Source of the DNA: Octopus bimaculoides
Lineage: Eukaryota
DNA: 64,000 nt
NCBI RefSeq assembly: GCF_001194135.2
Contig: NC_068985.1
Coordinates: 63,547,867-63,611,866 of the forward strand
Direction: 5' to 3'
Under the pieces are notes generated by a model, which was given only the letters and a program-made list of their open reading frames with translations, had not been told where the DNA came from and ran no database searches. Below are positions 26,459-40,305 of the stretch, piece after piece (position 1 is the first letter of the stretch; each line of letters opens with the position of its first letter). The translations under genes and the position numbers were made by a program.

Positions 26459-27469
26459 CTGTTGCCAGTACCCGCCTGACTGGCCCTCGTGCCGGTGGCA
26501 CGTAAAAGCACCCACTACACTCTCGGAGTGGTTGGCGTTAGGAAGGGCATCCAGCTGTAGAAACTCTGCCAAATCAGATTGGAGCCTGGTGTAACCATCT
26601 GGTTCACCAGTCCTCAGTCAAATCGTCATATATAGATAGATAGATAGATATATAGATAGATAGATAGATAGATAAATAGATACTCTTTTACTTGTTNNNN
26701 NNNNNNNNNNNNNNNNNNNNNNNNNNNNNNNNNNNNNNNNNNNNNNNNNNNNNNNNNNNNNNNNNNNNNNNNNNNNNNNNNNNNNNNNNNNNNNNNNNNN
26801 NNNNNNNNNNNNNNNNNNNNNNNNNNNNNNNNNNNNNNNNNNNNNNNNNNNNNNNNNNNNNNNNNNNNNNNNNNNNNNNNNNNNNNNNNNNNNNNNNNNN
26901 NNNNNNNNNNNNNNNNNNNNNNNNNNNNNNNNNNNNNNNNNNNNNNNNNNNNNNNNNNNNNNNNNNNNNNNNNNNNNNNNNNNNNNNNNNNNNNNNNNNN
27001 NNNNNNNNNNNNNNNNNNNNNNNNNNNNNNNNNNNNNNNNNNNNNNNNNNNNNNNNNNNNNNNNNNNNNNNNNNNNNNNNNNNNNNNNNNNNNNNNNNNN
27101 NNNNNNNNNNNNNNNNNNNNNNNNNNNNNNNNNNNNNNNNNNNNNNNNNNNNNNNNNNNNNNNNNNNNNNNNNNNNNNNNNNNNNNNNNNNNNNNNNNNN
27201 NNNNNNNNNNNNNNNNNNNNNNNNNNNNNNNNNNNNNNNNNNNNNNNNNNNNNNNNNNNNNNNNNNNNNNNNNNNNNNNNNNNNNNNNNNNNNNNNNNNN
27301 NNNNNNNNNNNNNNNNNNNNNNNNNNNNNNNNNNNNNNNNNNNNNNNNNNNNNNNNNNNNNNNNNNNNNNNNNNNNNNNNNNNNNNNNNNNNNNNNNNNN
27401 NNNNNNNNNNNNNNNNNNNNNNNNNNNNNNNNNNNNNNNNNNNNNNNNNNNNNNNNNNNNNNNNNNNNN

Positions 27470-27504
<35 letters not shown>

Positions 27505-29432
27505 TCATCATCATCATTTTAACATCCACTTTTCTGTGCTTGCATGGGTTGCACAAAATTTAATAAGTCAGATTTTCTACAACCATATGCCTTTCCTGTT
27601 ACCAACTGTCACCAGTTTCCTAGCAGTGCAATATTTCCCTGTGGCCAGTTTTTCACAGGATATAGGAAATGAATAACACTGCTTGTATGACAATGACTTT
27701 CGTTTTCAGCTATCACATGATGTCAAAACACGGAAACATAGACACACATACATATACAATGGGTTTCCTTCAGTTTTGTCCATTAAATCCATTCACGAGG
27801 CTTTGGTTAGCCCACGGCTATAAAGCAGATGTCCAATGCACCACAAAGTGGGACTGAACCCAAAATCATGTAGTTGGGAAGCAAACATCTAATCCACACA
27901 GCCATGCCTCATCTATTATATTACATTTTGCACTCAGTGGCTCCAAAAAGAAAGAGGCATGGAGGTGCTAGTGTGAACCCAATATTGGGATCTGCTATAT
28001 GCATTGACAGCAGTATAATGGATAAGGCAATTAAGGATATGAAGACAGAGAAAGCCCCTGGTCCATCAGGAATCACTGTTGAGATACTTAAAATATCTGG
28101 TGGAGTGGGATATGCTTTAGTCACACAAAAAGTTAAACAGCTTAACCAGGAAGGTGTCATCCCCAATGACTGATGCAGCAGCATTATAGTCAACTGTTAC
28201 AAGAGTAAGGGAGATGCCTTAGATAGAAGTAACTATAGCGACATCAAATTGCTAGACTAGGTCATGAAAGATATAGAAAAAATTATATAGAAAGTGTTAT
28301 AGGAACAAAATTAGATTAGGTGAAATGCAGTCAGGCTTTGTGCTGAGGAGAAGCACTATTGACACTATAGTCAGACAACTGCAGGAGAAGTATTTGGCTA
28401 ACCATTGTACTTGATGTTTGTTGACTTAGAGAAAGCCTTTGACAGAGTACTCCACTTACTTATTTTGTGGGCTCTGAGAAAGCTAGGGGTAGAGAAGTGG
28501 CTTGTGAAAGCCATACTAGCCAAGTACAGAAGTTCTGTTAGTAAGGTGATAGTTAACAACATGTGTAGTAATGATTTTAGTGTACAGATAGGCGTTCATC
28601 AGGGTTCTCAGCCACATCCTAGTCATCATCATCTTCCAGACCATAACAGAGGAATTAAAACTGGCTGCCCCTAGGAACAGTTATATGCTTATGATCTTGC
28701 TCTTATAGCAGATTCTGCAACAGAACAAGAAAAGAAACTCTATGTGTGGAAGCAAAACTTAGAATCAAAGGGCTGTAAGGTTAACTTAGCAAAAACTATG
28801 GTTCTAGTAAGCAAGAAAATGGACAGGACCCTTACTCTATCAAGTAAATGGCCCTGTTTGACATGTAGGAACTGTGTAGGCAGGAATTCTATACAGTGTA
28901 CCCAGTGCAAGCTACTGACAAACAAGTGCAGTGAAATAATAAGAAGGTTATAAGGTAGTACTTGAATGTGGAAGATGCACAGGAGCCATAAAAACCACAG
29001 ACTTACCTACAGGACCTAATTAGCTGTGGGGGAGAATGCATGGAAAGTGTAATCACTAGAATAGGAATAAGATGACGAAAATCCAGAGAGCTTTTACCTC
29101 TTTTGGCAACCAAAGGTCTCTCTTTCTCTCTCTGAGCGAAAGAAAGATAGCGTGATGTATACAAACAGCAATGCCACATTGTAGTGAGACAAGGGCTCTG
29201 AATGCAGAAGACATGCAAAGACTAGAGAAGATTGAAGCTAGCATGTTCTACTGGATGTGCAATATCAGTGTACATGTGTGACAGAGACCTGTGCAAGAGA
29301 GAGGGCTATGCTGGTTTGATTGGTGACTGGCAAATTCCACTGTGGGAAATTCCACCACGGAAAATTCCACCAGGTAAATTTCACCACGGTATATTCCACC
29401 ATGGTAAATTTCACCATAGGTGATATTATTAA

Positions 29433-29465
<33 letters not shown>

Positions 29466-32400
29466 GGTTATGATATCATGGAAATAAAAAAAGAATGCAT
29501 GAAAAATAATATCAATAATGTCAATGACTACAAAAAATATGAGGGAGAAAAATATTTAAGGAACAATCACATAAAGAAATATATGGTGAATACTCTAAAC
29601 ACCTGAATAGGAAGCAGTATCAAAAAGAGATTCATTGAAATTTATAAAACAAAGCAGATATTCAATGATAGATAAAAATATTATACAGTATTTACAAGAC
29701 AGAAACAACTACTATGGAAGCAAAATGGCATGCAGATATTGTAAGAATCAAAGGAAATATCGAATATATGGCAATACAATGTGGAAAAATAGCACACACG
29801 AAATATAAAGAGAGACACGATGAGATAACCAAGATAATCTTTGCAATCCTACTACAGCAATATAACATACCAAAAAAAAAACAACAAAAAAAACCAGAAA
29901 ATCAGAAACATGCAAATAGAAAAAGTAACAACAAATGAAAAGGTTAAGATTTTAGTAGATAGCTCAGTAATAACACCAAACCATATAGAAAGCAATAAAC
30001 CTGATGTTACAATATGTGACCATGAAAGAAAAGAAACAATAATAATTGAAATTGGAATAACATCTGTCCATGGGTAGAATTTACCATGGTGGAATATACT
30101 AAGGTGGAATTTACCTATGGTGAAATTTACCTGGTGGAATTTACCTAGAACCAGTTTTATAATGTGACATGTATGGATATAGAGAGTTCTATACAGAAGT
30201 GCCGATCACATAAAGTGAATGAAACTTGTGGAAGAGGATGATCCAGGAAAACATTGGATGAAGTATTGAAGGCACTGAGACTTACAAAGGAGATGACAAA
30301 GGATCAAGATATCTGGTGCATTGCTGTACTCAAGAAGAACCATCCACCACAGCACAATTGATACCAGTGCTGGTGCCACATAAAAAGCATTGGTGCTGGT
30401 ATCACATTAGAAGCACTGGTGTTGGTGCCACATAAAAAGTACCCAGTATGCTCAGTAAAGTGCTTGGCATTAGGAAGGATATCCAGCCATAGAAACCATG
30501 CCAGAACAGACAATGAAGCCTGGTGTGCCCCTCACCTTACCAGCTTGTCAAATCGTCCAGTCCATGCCAGCATGGAAAACAGATGTTAAATGATGATGAT
30601 GACAATGATATATATTATTTTATGCTTTAATCAGTTTGATCTCAGATCATCATCAAATGTGTTATTCCAGTATGTTTGCATAGTAATACCATACTGGATT
30701 TGAACCAGGAAGCTATATTTTTAAACTTGAGTAATAGCATTTTTATCTACTAGATCACAATCTAAACTGTAAAATAGTGTACATAAATACAGACAGAAAT
30801 AGTGTATACAGGTACAGACAGAAATAACGTATATAATACAGACAAAAAAACCTAAGAAAATTTGTTTTGCCATAGAAAGTTCGCTTTTTTTGTTTTTAAT
30901 TAAATCTAGTTTTTAATAAAAACATGAAAGAAAGGGGGAGTTAACTCACCACATCATAATCTGATGGACTGTACATGAAGTTAAAGAAAACTGTGGAGCG
31001 CCGGTGATGTTTCTCAATGTAATCCCAGATAGATAAACCAATAACAGGAGTTGAAGAATGTTTGGGGGAGAACCCAGATTCTTCATCAGGGCCATCAACT
31101 TTTGGTGCCTTTTTTTCTTCCAACAGCCAACCAGCTTCCATCCTCTCAAATTCTGTGTCCATCATGAATGTTCGGAAACGGTTTGATACATAATGGTAGG
31201 CCATAAATTTCAGGAAATATTGGTTGTATTCAAAGGACAGTGGGAATTGACGGTGAATCTAAAAGAAAAATGAAAAACTATATACATCAGTATATAAAGG
31301 AGATGGGGGAGGGGAGGTAGGGGAGAAGAAGAAGTGGAAAGAGGCAGGGGATGGAAGGGGATGGAGAGGAAGAGGGGTGGTGGTAGCTGTACAGAGGTGA
31401 AGCACTACACACTTTTCCAAACCAAAGTTACATCAAAAGAAGCTTATGGTCACTAAGTTGAATTCCCCACCACTCCACATATTTCTTGTATCCTGGCAAA
31501 AACTTCACAGCAGACAAAGGAATCATAAGTCAATTCACCATAACAGTTGACCACATGTTTCATGAATGTCTCTGATGAAATTGAACAAAGAGGACTACAA
31601 AACTTCATTCCATCCATTTTATTCCTATCCACCTCCTTCTTTCATCATTTTTTACATTCCTCTCAATAGCTTTCTGTAAAAGGTCTTCTGTAACCAAACA
31701 ACAACTCAAAACACTTTCAAAGAATCAATCGGTTCCAGCAATCCAGAATTCTACATTACTGGAATAAACAAATTTGTTTCTTGTGGTTAGAAACATGGAG
31801 ATTCTAATGGTTATTATTTTCAATTATTAAAATATATAATTTATTGAAATATATTGCTGTAATGTTGATGGTTAAAAACTATTCTTATGCAACAACCTGA
31901 TTGTGAATGCAATAAAACAAGGATATGTAGCAATGACACATACACAATGACAGAACTATGAACAAGTATATCTACCTTAGTGGAATGATATCAGAGTTTT
32001 AGAGAAACAGATATAGTCTTACCTGATGTACAATATCTAAGAACTGTAGGAAGATAGCAGCAAAACCACTGGCTTGGTTGGCTGCTGTCTGGTTACTTCG
32101 GTGAGTAAACCGATGACCACAAGACAACCATTCTTTCTCAATAAGAGCCTTGAAACCTTCCAATGTCCGATAATATGGGTCTAGTAATATCTGAGCAACA
32201 CTTACAATCTGGAAGGAGAAAAAAAACATTAAATGTATGTATATATGGACACATATACCAACATATGGACTAGCATCTTCATCTTGGTTGCTATAGTCAC
32301 AACATTTACTATTAAGTGTAACAGTTTAGCTAGTAAGCACGAGTTCAATTCCAGTTGCAGTCAAACAATATAAATGTTCTGATTCAAGTGAAATGAATGC

Positions 32401-35338
32401 ACTAGGAAGAGACTAATTAACAGAACAATAGTTAACAGAATAATTTCAGTACAATAATTAAGAGGAAAATAATTAGAACAATCAACAGGAGAATACTTAA
32501 CAGGGAAATAATAATAGAATATCCCTGGATAATGAAATGGAAATGATGAACCCCAGTGGATTTGATAAAGGCTTTGGTGCCTAATTTTAAGAACATCACT
32601 AAATAGAGAGGTACCTGAAAAAGCCTACAGGGTACAATGACTGAAACATTGTGACTATAAAAACAAGGATGAAGACACTGGTCTGAATTCATCAGTCTAT
32701 AATAATGATACTGACACATATGCATTCAGTTTAGTGTATTTCAGAAATAAAGATGCATACACAATGGTAGTTTCTGCCAACAAATTTCTAAAACCAAAAT
32801 TTGGAACAGGCATTGTGCAATTAATTAATATCAACCCTTGTATTGAACTGGTATTTACTTTATTCACCACCCCACACCAAACAAATACATAAAAAAAAAA
32901 GCAATGAACAAAATTTTCTCCTCAGTGAATTTTGTATAGAATATAGTTAATAATTAAATATTAGAGGTCATTAAATTAGATGATCTACTAATTTCACTAT
33001 AAATTTAAATAAAAGATTGTGACATTTGGTAAATTGATGTCAATCTTTATAGAATAGATCTGTGATAAAAGGCCTGCCAGCCATATTGTCAGACAGTTTA
33101 CTATAGACATTATCTGGAGTTCTTTCTTTAATTTTAGAGATGAAATAATATGATTACAAGGTTTGTCTGCTACTTCTAGCAGGTTGAGTGATTATTTAGA
33201 AGCTCCTTTTTCAGTTCGCATTATATAAATACTCACATAGAGATGAACTTGATACCCTCACATTTAAAATCAGAGTCTTTATCAACAGAGCTATGCAGGC
33301 AATATTTCATATATTAGAGAAATGTAAGTATTGTAAACAATTGACTTAATGAAGAGAGCGTCTACTTTATTTCTATTGGCCATGACTGATTACTACTACT
33401 ACTACTGCAGCTGCTGTCACTGTCTGTTAGCAGAAGGTTAAACAAACTCAGCTGCTACATCTCAATCTTTCAAGTACATACACTGGCCAGTTGAAAAGTT
33501 CATAGGCTGATCAAGATACTTTCATGGAATGTGACCAAATAAGGTTTATTTGTCAACATAGTCCCCCTTGTGGTCCACACATTTCTTTCATCAGTGTTGC
33601 AGTGCTTAGATCCCATTGGTGAAGAATCTTTCATCCTGTTGATCAAAAAAGTTATCAGTAGCAAATATGATATAATCACTGTGATACTGGTTCCCAGCCA
33701 AATGTCTTTTTATTTTATGCTGGGGAACAAATGAGAGTCAGACGGGGCCAAATCAGGAGAACAGGGAGAAGGATCAATCAGTTCAAAGCCACAGTCAGGC
33801 ACAGCAGCTATTGAAAGCAAGGACTTGTGTGCTGGAGCATTGCCCTGATGAAACAAGACCCCTCTGATCAGTTTTCCTGGGTGTTTGGTCTTGATAGCCT
33901 TTCGTAACTGCCTCAGCAAGTTAGCACAGTACTCTTCATTGATGGTGTGGCTCTTTTGAAGATAGTCAATAAACAATGCTTTTTACCATCACATTCCCTG
34001 CAGATGAAACAATCTTGGCCTTCTTTGGATCAGGTGAAGAGGGGTATTTCCACTGCATGGATTGTCTCTTTGTCTGTGGCTGAAAGTGATGAAGCCAACA
34101 CTCATCCTGGGTTAGAAAACATTCAAAGAGACCAGCAAGGTCTGCCTCAAACAATGTCAGATTCTCCCATGAGGTGATCAGCCTGATGTGCTTTTGATCA
34201 GGTGTTAGAAGACGCAGCAGCCACTAAGCAGAAACTTTCATCATGTCAAGTTCATAGTACAGAATATTCTCAACTCTCTCATGGGATATGCTAACAGCAT
34301 TGGATATTTGATTTATAGTCAATCATCTGTCATCCATCACTATGTGGTGAACACAATATTTTCTTTGGTGGTGATAGTTGTAAGACATCCAGACATTGGA
34401 TCATCTTCAAGACACTCCTAAATTCAGCTGCCCACTTTTGCACTGTTGATAAAGCTGGAGTGTCATCCCTGAATGTAGCAACCATATCAGCATGAATGTT
34501 ATTGTGTGCTAAAGCCTTTTTCAGCAGGTACTTGATAACACTATAATGCCATATTTTGCCCATTTTCAACAGACATCACTACTAATTACTTTTAAAGCCT
34601 TCTTTGAACAGTCAGATGTCAGTTTACCTGGAAAGAAACAATGTAGTTACTAATAAGGAGGGTTGAAATTGATGCTTTCAAGGTTTTTGTGAGGATGAGC
34701 CAGAAGAAGAGGACCATGACGTCAATGGTCAAGGGACTAACCAGAAGTTGTTGCCTCTCAAACTTCCCCCGCGAATGAAGAGTTGGTGAAGTCACTGCCC
34801 GTAGTTGAGGCTGTGGTCAGGGGAAATACGTTCAAGGCCCTGACATCAATGGTCAAAGGACTGACCGGAAGAGGAAGTGCAAGCAGGGAAGTATGGGGGA
34901 GACAGGATAGGGTCAGCCTCTTCTTGCCAGCTGAGGTATCATGAACAGACGTCAAGGAATTCGCTTCTGGGTTGGTTAGATAGCAGCTGCTTATACTGGG
35001 TGACAGGATAGGGCAGGATTGCTGGAGTGACTACTACTAGACAGGTGCAGACGAGAGAGGAAGGTCGGTGAATATTTTTTCATTTTCCACGCATGACAGT
35101 TTTACAGTTTCGGCACCACTCCTTCATAGTCAGTCTATGAACTTTTCAGCCCACTCTTGTAGAGTAGGTGAGGTGTTATTAATATAAATACCTGAGTACA
35201 TCACTTACCTGAGTAGTTACATCCCAACCATCTTCTAGACAAATTATCACTGAAGAACCCTGTACATCCAGGAGATCAACCACAGCACCAGCCAACTGCA
35301 TCACATTTTGTACCTGTAATATCATGGAGTTTAGTTTT

Positions 35339-35393
<55 letters not shown>

Positions 35394-37010
35394 AACACAT
35401 ATATACATACAGACATACACACACAATGATTTTTAAAAGTTTACAAAATTTACCTGAAACAGAATCTATTTAACAATAGTAGATCTGAATAGAGCATTAA
35501 TAAAACTAACTGAAAATAATTATGCGCAGAGAAAAAAAATAACTCCTTTTCTTGGTACAGATGGGAGACAACTTTATAGAGGTTTTTAACTTATTCTGTC
35601 CTTAGCAGCAAAACATTGCCTCCCTTTAGTAACAATTGTTGCTAGTATAAGCATAAGGCCAGCAATTTTGATAGGAAAGGATTCCTCAGTTACATCAACC
35701 CCAGGATTAGACAGGTACTTCATCAAGCCTCTGAAAAGATGAAAGACAAAGTGATACAAAGCAGGAACTTAGCTCAGTTTAGCCTGTCAAGAGCCATCAC
35801 TAAGCACTGCTAGACATTTCATCTGCTGTTCTAACAATTCTACCAATGTACCATCTTCCTCCTAAACAATGAATCATTTAAATGATCATAACCATAGTTT
35901 TTATCAAGTTCTACATGTCAAACCTCTAAGTGAGGGGCATGAAGAAATACAATGACAGCGAAAAAAAACATAAAATCATTTAGGGACACTGACCAAATAG
36001 AAAAATAAAAGTTAATTGATAAATTACATATGAACCATCAATTACAAACAAATACCATTGTTATTCTCAAATGTTTAAATAATTAAATACACCATATATT
36101 TAGTACTCCAGTTTATTATTGGGATAAAACTGGATTAGAAATAGTTAGCTTAAAAGCTCTCAACAAATGGCTACCGATGAACCTGTAAATGAAAAATCTT
36201 TAATTTCTATTCTTAAGGAGGAGGAAATGAGAGTCTATGATGCTCATACTTTTCACATTAAGGCATGTAAAAGGACTCAAAACCAAGATTACTAGGACAC
36301 AGGTGAACTCTGTGGTACTCATCATCAACAAAAAACTGTTTACAATATAAAGACTGAAGGTACTATTAATTCTACCTGTAAAAGCCACTCAGAATCTTCA
36401 ACTCCTTTGTAGAGAGTGTGCTCAGGACTGGACGGTGGGGCACTAGGAACACAGGCCTTCATCAACTTCTTGAAGCTTGCTTTGATATGTCGCACTTCAA
36501 AGAAATCGACAGGAATGAAATCACACTGACGAAAAGAATCAACTTTGATGCCCTGAAAATATGAAGAAAGGGAACCATAACTGATGGCACATCATATAGT
36601 TCATGGAACTACAAACATTTGAGGTAGTATGGCCACAGACAAAGGCGTTTAAAATGTATAAGGTTAAAAATACTTACCTTCATTTGTGCTTTTTCACCCA
36701 GTATATGCAAAGAAACTTTGTGTAATCCTTGTACAGAACTATTAACAATGTCTCCCTTGGGATCCAAGCTGCCATTCTGACGTAAAGTTCGATTAGATTC
36801 AAGGCTTCCTGTTTGAAGTTTGGGTTTTTCTCGAAAACTACCAATCCTTCCCAATGCTGAAAGTGAAAGTACAACAGGATTATATGAACTGAATAATTAA
36901 TACAACCAGTAACATTAGCAATGCTGTGAAGAGAATGTTAGGAAAACAATACTAGATCTTACAGGTCAGTACTGAGTGTAAGGTGTGTGCACTTCACAAA
37001 ACAGCTACAT

Positions 37011-37048
<38 letters not shown>

Positions 37049-37058
37049 NNNNNNNNNN

Positions 37059-37109
<51 letters not shown>

Positions 37110-37327
37110 TAGATAGACAGGCAAACAGAGACAGACAGATAAATGTTATGAGATGCCCTGAAAGTAGACATGATAAGATGGTCAACAGACAACAATCAAT
37201 GCATTGTTGTGTGTTCATGGAAATCAAAACAAATTAGTTGGATTAGAGTGACACCATTGATGATTTTCAAGTAATTTAGAATCTTATTGTCCTTTTATGT
37301 TTACAACTGAACAATGCCTTTCTCCCC

Positions 37328-37363
<36 letters not shown>

Positions 37364-38040
37364 TATACACACAATATTATGTCAACACTTGCCATTGCAC
37401 ATAAATGGAAGAAATACCTTTACCTTCCTGTCATATATCTCTGACTGAGGAGGAAGGATGGGAGATATAGAGGGATGGCAATGAGGTTTATTTTAAGATA
37501 GATTTCTAAATATAATCAGGATAGAGAAAGTGGGGTACTGTTACTTTAAACGGATTCTGTTTCTGTATCTGTGAAGAAACTGGCTGTTAAAATTATTGGC
37601 ATGTTATATAAAAACATTATGTATGGAATCAATATACCAATTACAGTAAGATATATTGTCAAAGACTTTGACTATTTTGTGATGGCTGAAACAGTGGTTA
37701 TAGAAATATACAGACTATCAGGAATAATAAGAGAGATGGTAAAGATTTGGCAGAGTATATAAGTGCATTATATGAAAACATGCATATAAGTATAGACAAC
37801 TGTATATATTCAAAGTGTGTGTATATATCAGAGAAAAGACAGAATATGTAACAGTATATATAAGAGATTGAGATAGTCATCAGTATTTCAATCTTCTTCA
37901 GTTGAAGTGAAATAACTGTAAAAAAAAAAAAGACATGCATTGCGAGCAGCTGAGATTAGTCAAGATAGATAGGGTCATGCACCCATTGTAAGAGATGTAA
38001 AGAATGGCAGCCTGTATGCAGTCATTTTATGAGTCTTTTT

Positions 38041-38073
<33 letters not shown>

Positions 38074-40263
38074 ATAGAGAAAAGATGGTTCTCTGCAAGC
38101 TAAGATTACAACACTGGTTGTATTATAGTAATTTGTGAAAGACTCCCTTGCCTATATTGATTCTGTTAGTCTAACTTTAAGGTTCAACATGCCAGGTGTA
38201 ACATTTATGAGCAGATTTCTTCAATTATTTATTCTATCTAAATTCATTGTAGCTTTGTGGTGGTACCAGACACCAAACATCAAAACCAGCACTTCAATGA
38301 TTTTTCTAAGAGAATATTCTCCCAACAGATATATCTAACACACTTATTTCAAAAACAACAAAGACCTGATAGGAGTGGATGGTAGAACCAGACAGAAATG
38401 CCTAACAATATTTCATTATATCCAGAGTTCAATATTATCCCAAATCTACTTTCAAGATTAATAAGTGTTGAGGGTTTATGTAAACCTCAGTACCCTATTT
38501 TTTTTCTGGTTTAATTTACTTCAATCGGGAGATCAAGACTAATTCTATCTTTAAAGAAGCCAACTTCAAACCCTAACTACACATTGATATGTGCTGTGTA
38601 TTTGGCATTAAATCATGGATCTATACGTCTTAGGTCTTGGAATTACTGTACAAATAATAAGTATAGTTAGGGTTTAAAGTTGGCTTCTTTAAAGATAGAA
38701 TTATTTTTGTTCTCTTTATTGAAGTAAATTAAACCAAAAAAATAAAAAAGAAGCCACCTCTTGTAGGTTGGTCATGTTAAAGTTCCCTAGAATATACGGA
38801 AGATAATAGGGGTAATAAAATAGGGTTGGCTTCTACCCCATTCTCCACCCCCAAAGAAAACAGAAATTAGGTTTGTTTGGTACTTTACCACCTCATCATA
38901 CAATTTTCTAATTAAGTGTGAACTTCTAGGATAACAATGAGAAAACATGTGCATTTGTACACACATGCATGTGTGCACGCACACACACACAGAAAATAGT
39001 AGATAAGTTGACTCAAGCAGCATTCACAGTAAGCTCCCCATTTGGAATCAATTATCAGTTTATATAGTAATGATTATATATATTTATATGTGTGTGTGTG
39101 TGTGTGTATTGACTTCATTTCTTAACCTACTTCTAAGAGGGGCTCCTCTCCCTGTAACTCCAGACTTCATTTCTTACTTGTATTTATGCTTATTTTGTTA
39201 GTAATGCTTTTCTCTGTGTGTGCGTTTATACATATCATCATCATTTAACATCTATCTTCCATGCATGCATGGGTAGGATGGTTGACAGGAGTTGGGCAGT
39301 TTGAAGACTACCTCAGGCAACTGTGTCTATTTTAGCAGGGTATTTTACAGCTGGATGCCTTTCCTAACACCAACCACTCCGCAGAGTAGACTGAGTGCTT
39401 TTTACATGGCAACAGCAGAGTCACCAAGTAACTTGCAAGACAAGGAATTTTGAGAGGGGAGGGGACATTGGAGGACGGAATCTTCTGTCTGATGATGAAA
39501 GGTTAGAGTGTGACTGAGAGACAGGGAGGCAGAAACAGGTGATGATGAATATGTCTGTATATATATANNNNNNNNNNNNNNNNNNNNNNNNNNNNNNNNN
39601 NNNNNNNNNNNNNNNNNNNNNNNNNNNNNNNNNNNNNNNNNNNNNNNNNNNNNNNNNNNNNNNNNNNNNNNNNNNNNNNNNNNNNNNNNNNNNNNNNNNN
39701 NNNNNNNNNNNNNNNNNNNNNNNNNNNNNNNNNNNNNNNNNNNNNNNNNNNNNNNNNNNNNNNNNNNNNNNNNNNNNNNNNNNNNNNNNNNNNNNNNNNN
39801 NNNNNNNNNNNNNNNNNNNNNNNNNNNNNNNNNNNNNNNNNNNNNNNNNNNNNNNNNNNNNNNNNNNNNNNNNNNNNNNNNNNNNNNNNNNNNNNNNNNN
39901 NNNNNNNNNNNNNNNNNNNNNNNNNNNNNNNNNNNNNNNNNNNNNNNNNNNNNNNNNNNNNNNNNNNNNNNNNNNNNNNNNNNNNNNNNNNNNNNNNNNN
40001 NNNNNNNNNNNNNNNNNNNNNNNNNNNNNNNNNNNNNNNNNNNNNNNNNNNNNNNNNNNNNNNNNNNNNNNNNNNNNNNNNNNNNNNNNNNNNNNNNNNN
40101 NNNNNNNNNNNNNNNNNNNNNNNNNNNNNNNNNNNNNNNNNNNNNNNNNNNNNNNNNNNNNNNNNNNNNNNNNNNNNNNNNNNNNNNNNNNNNNNNNNNN
40201 NNNNNNNNNNNNNNNNNNNNNNNNNNNNNNNNNNNNNNNNNNNNNNNNNNNNNNNNNNNNNNN

Positions 40264-40305
<42 letters not shown>

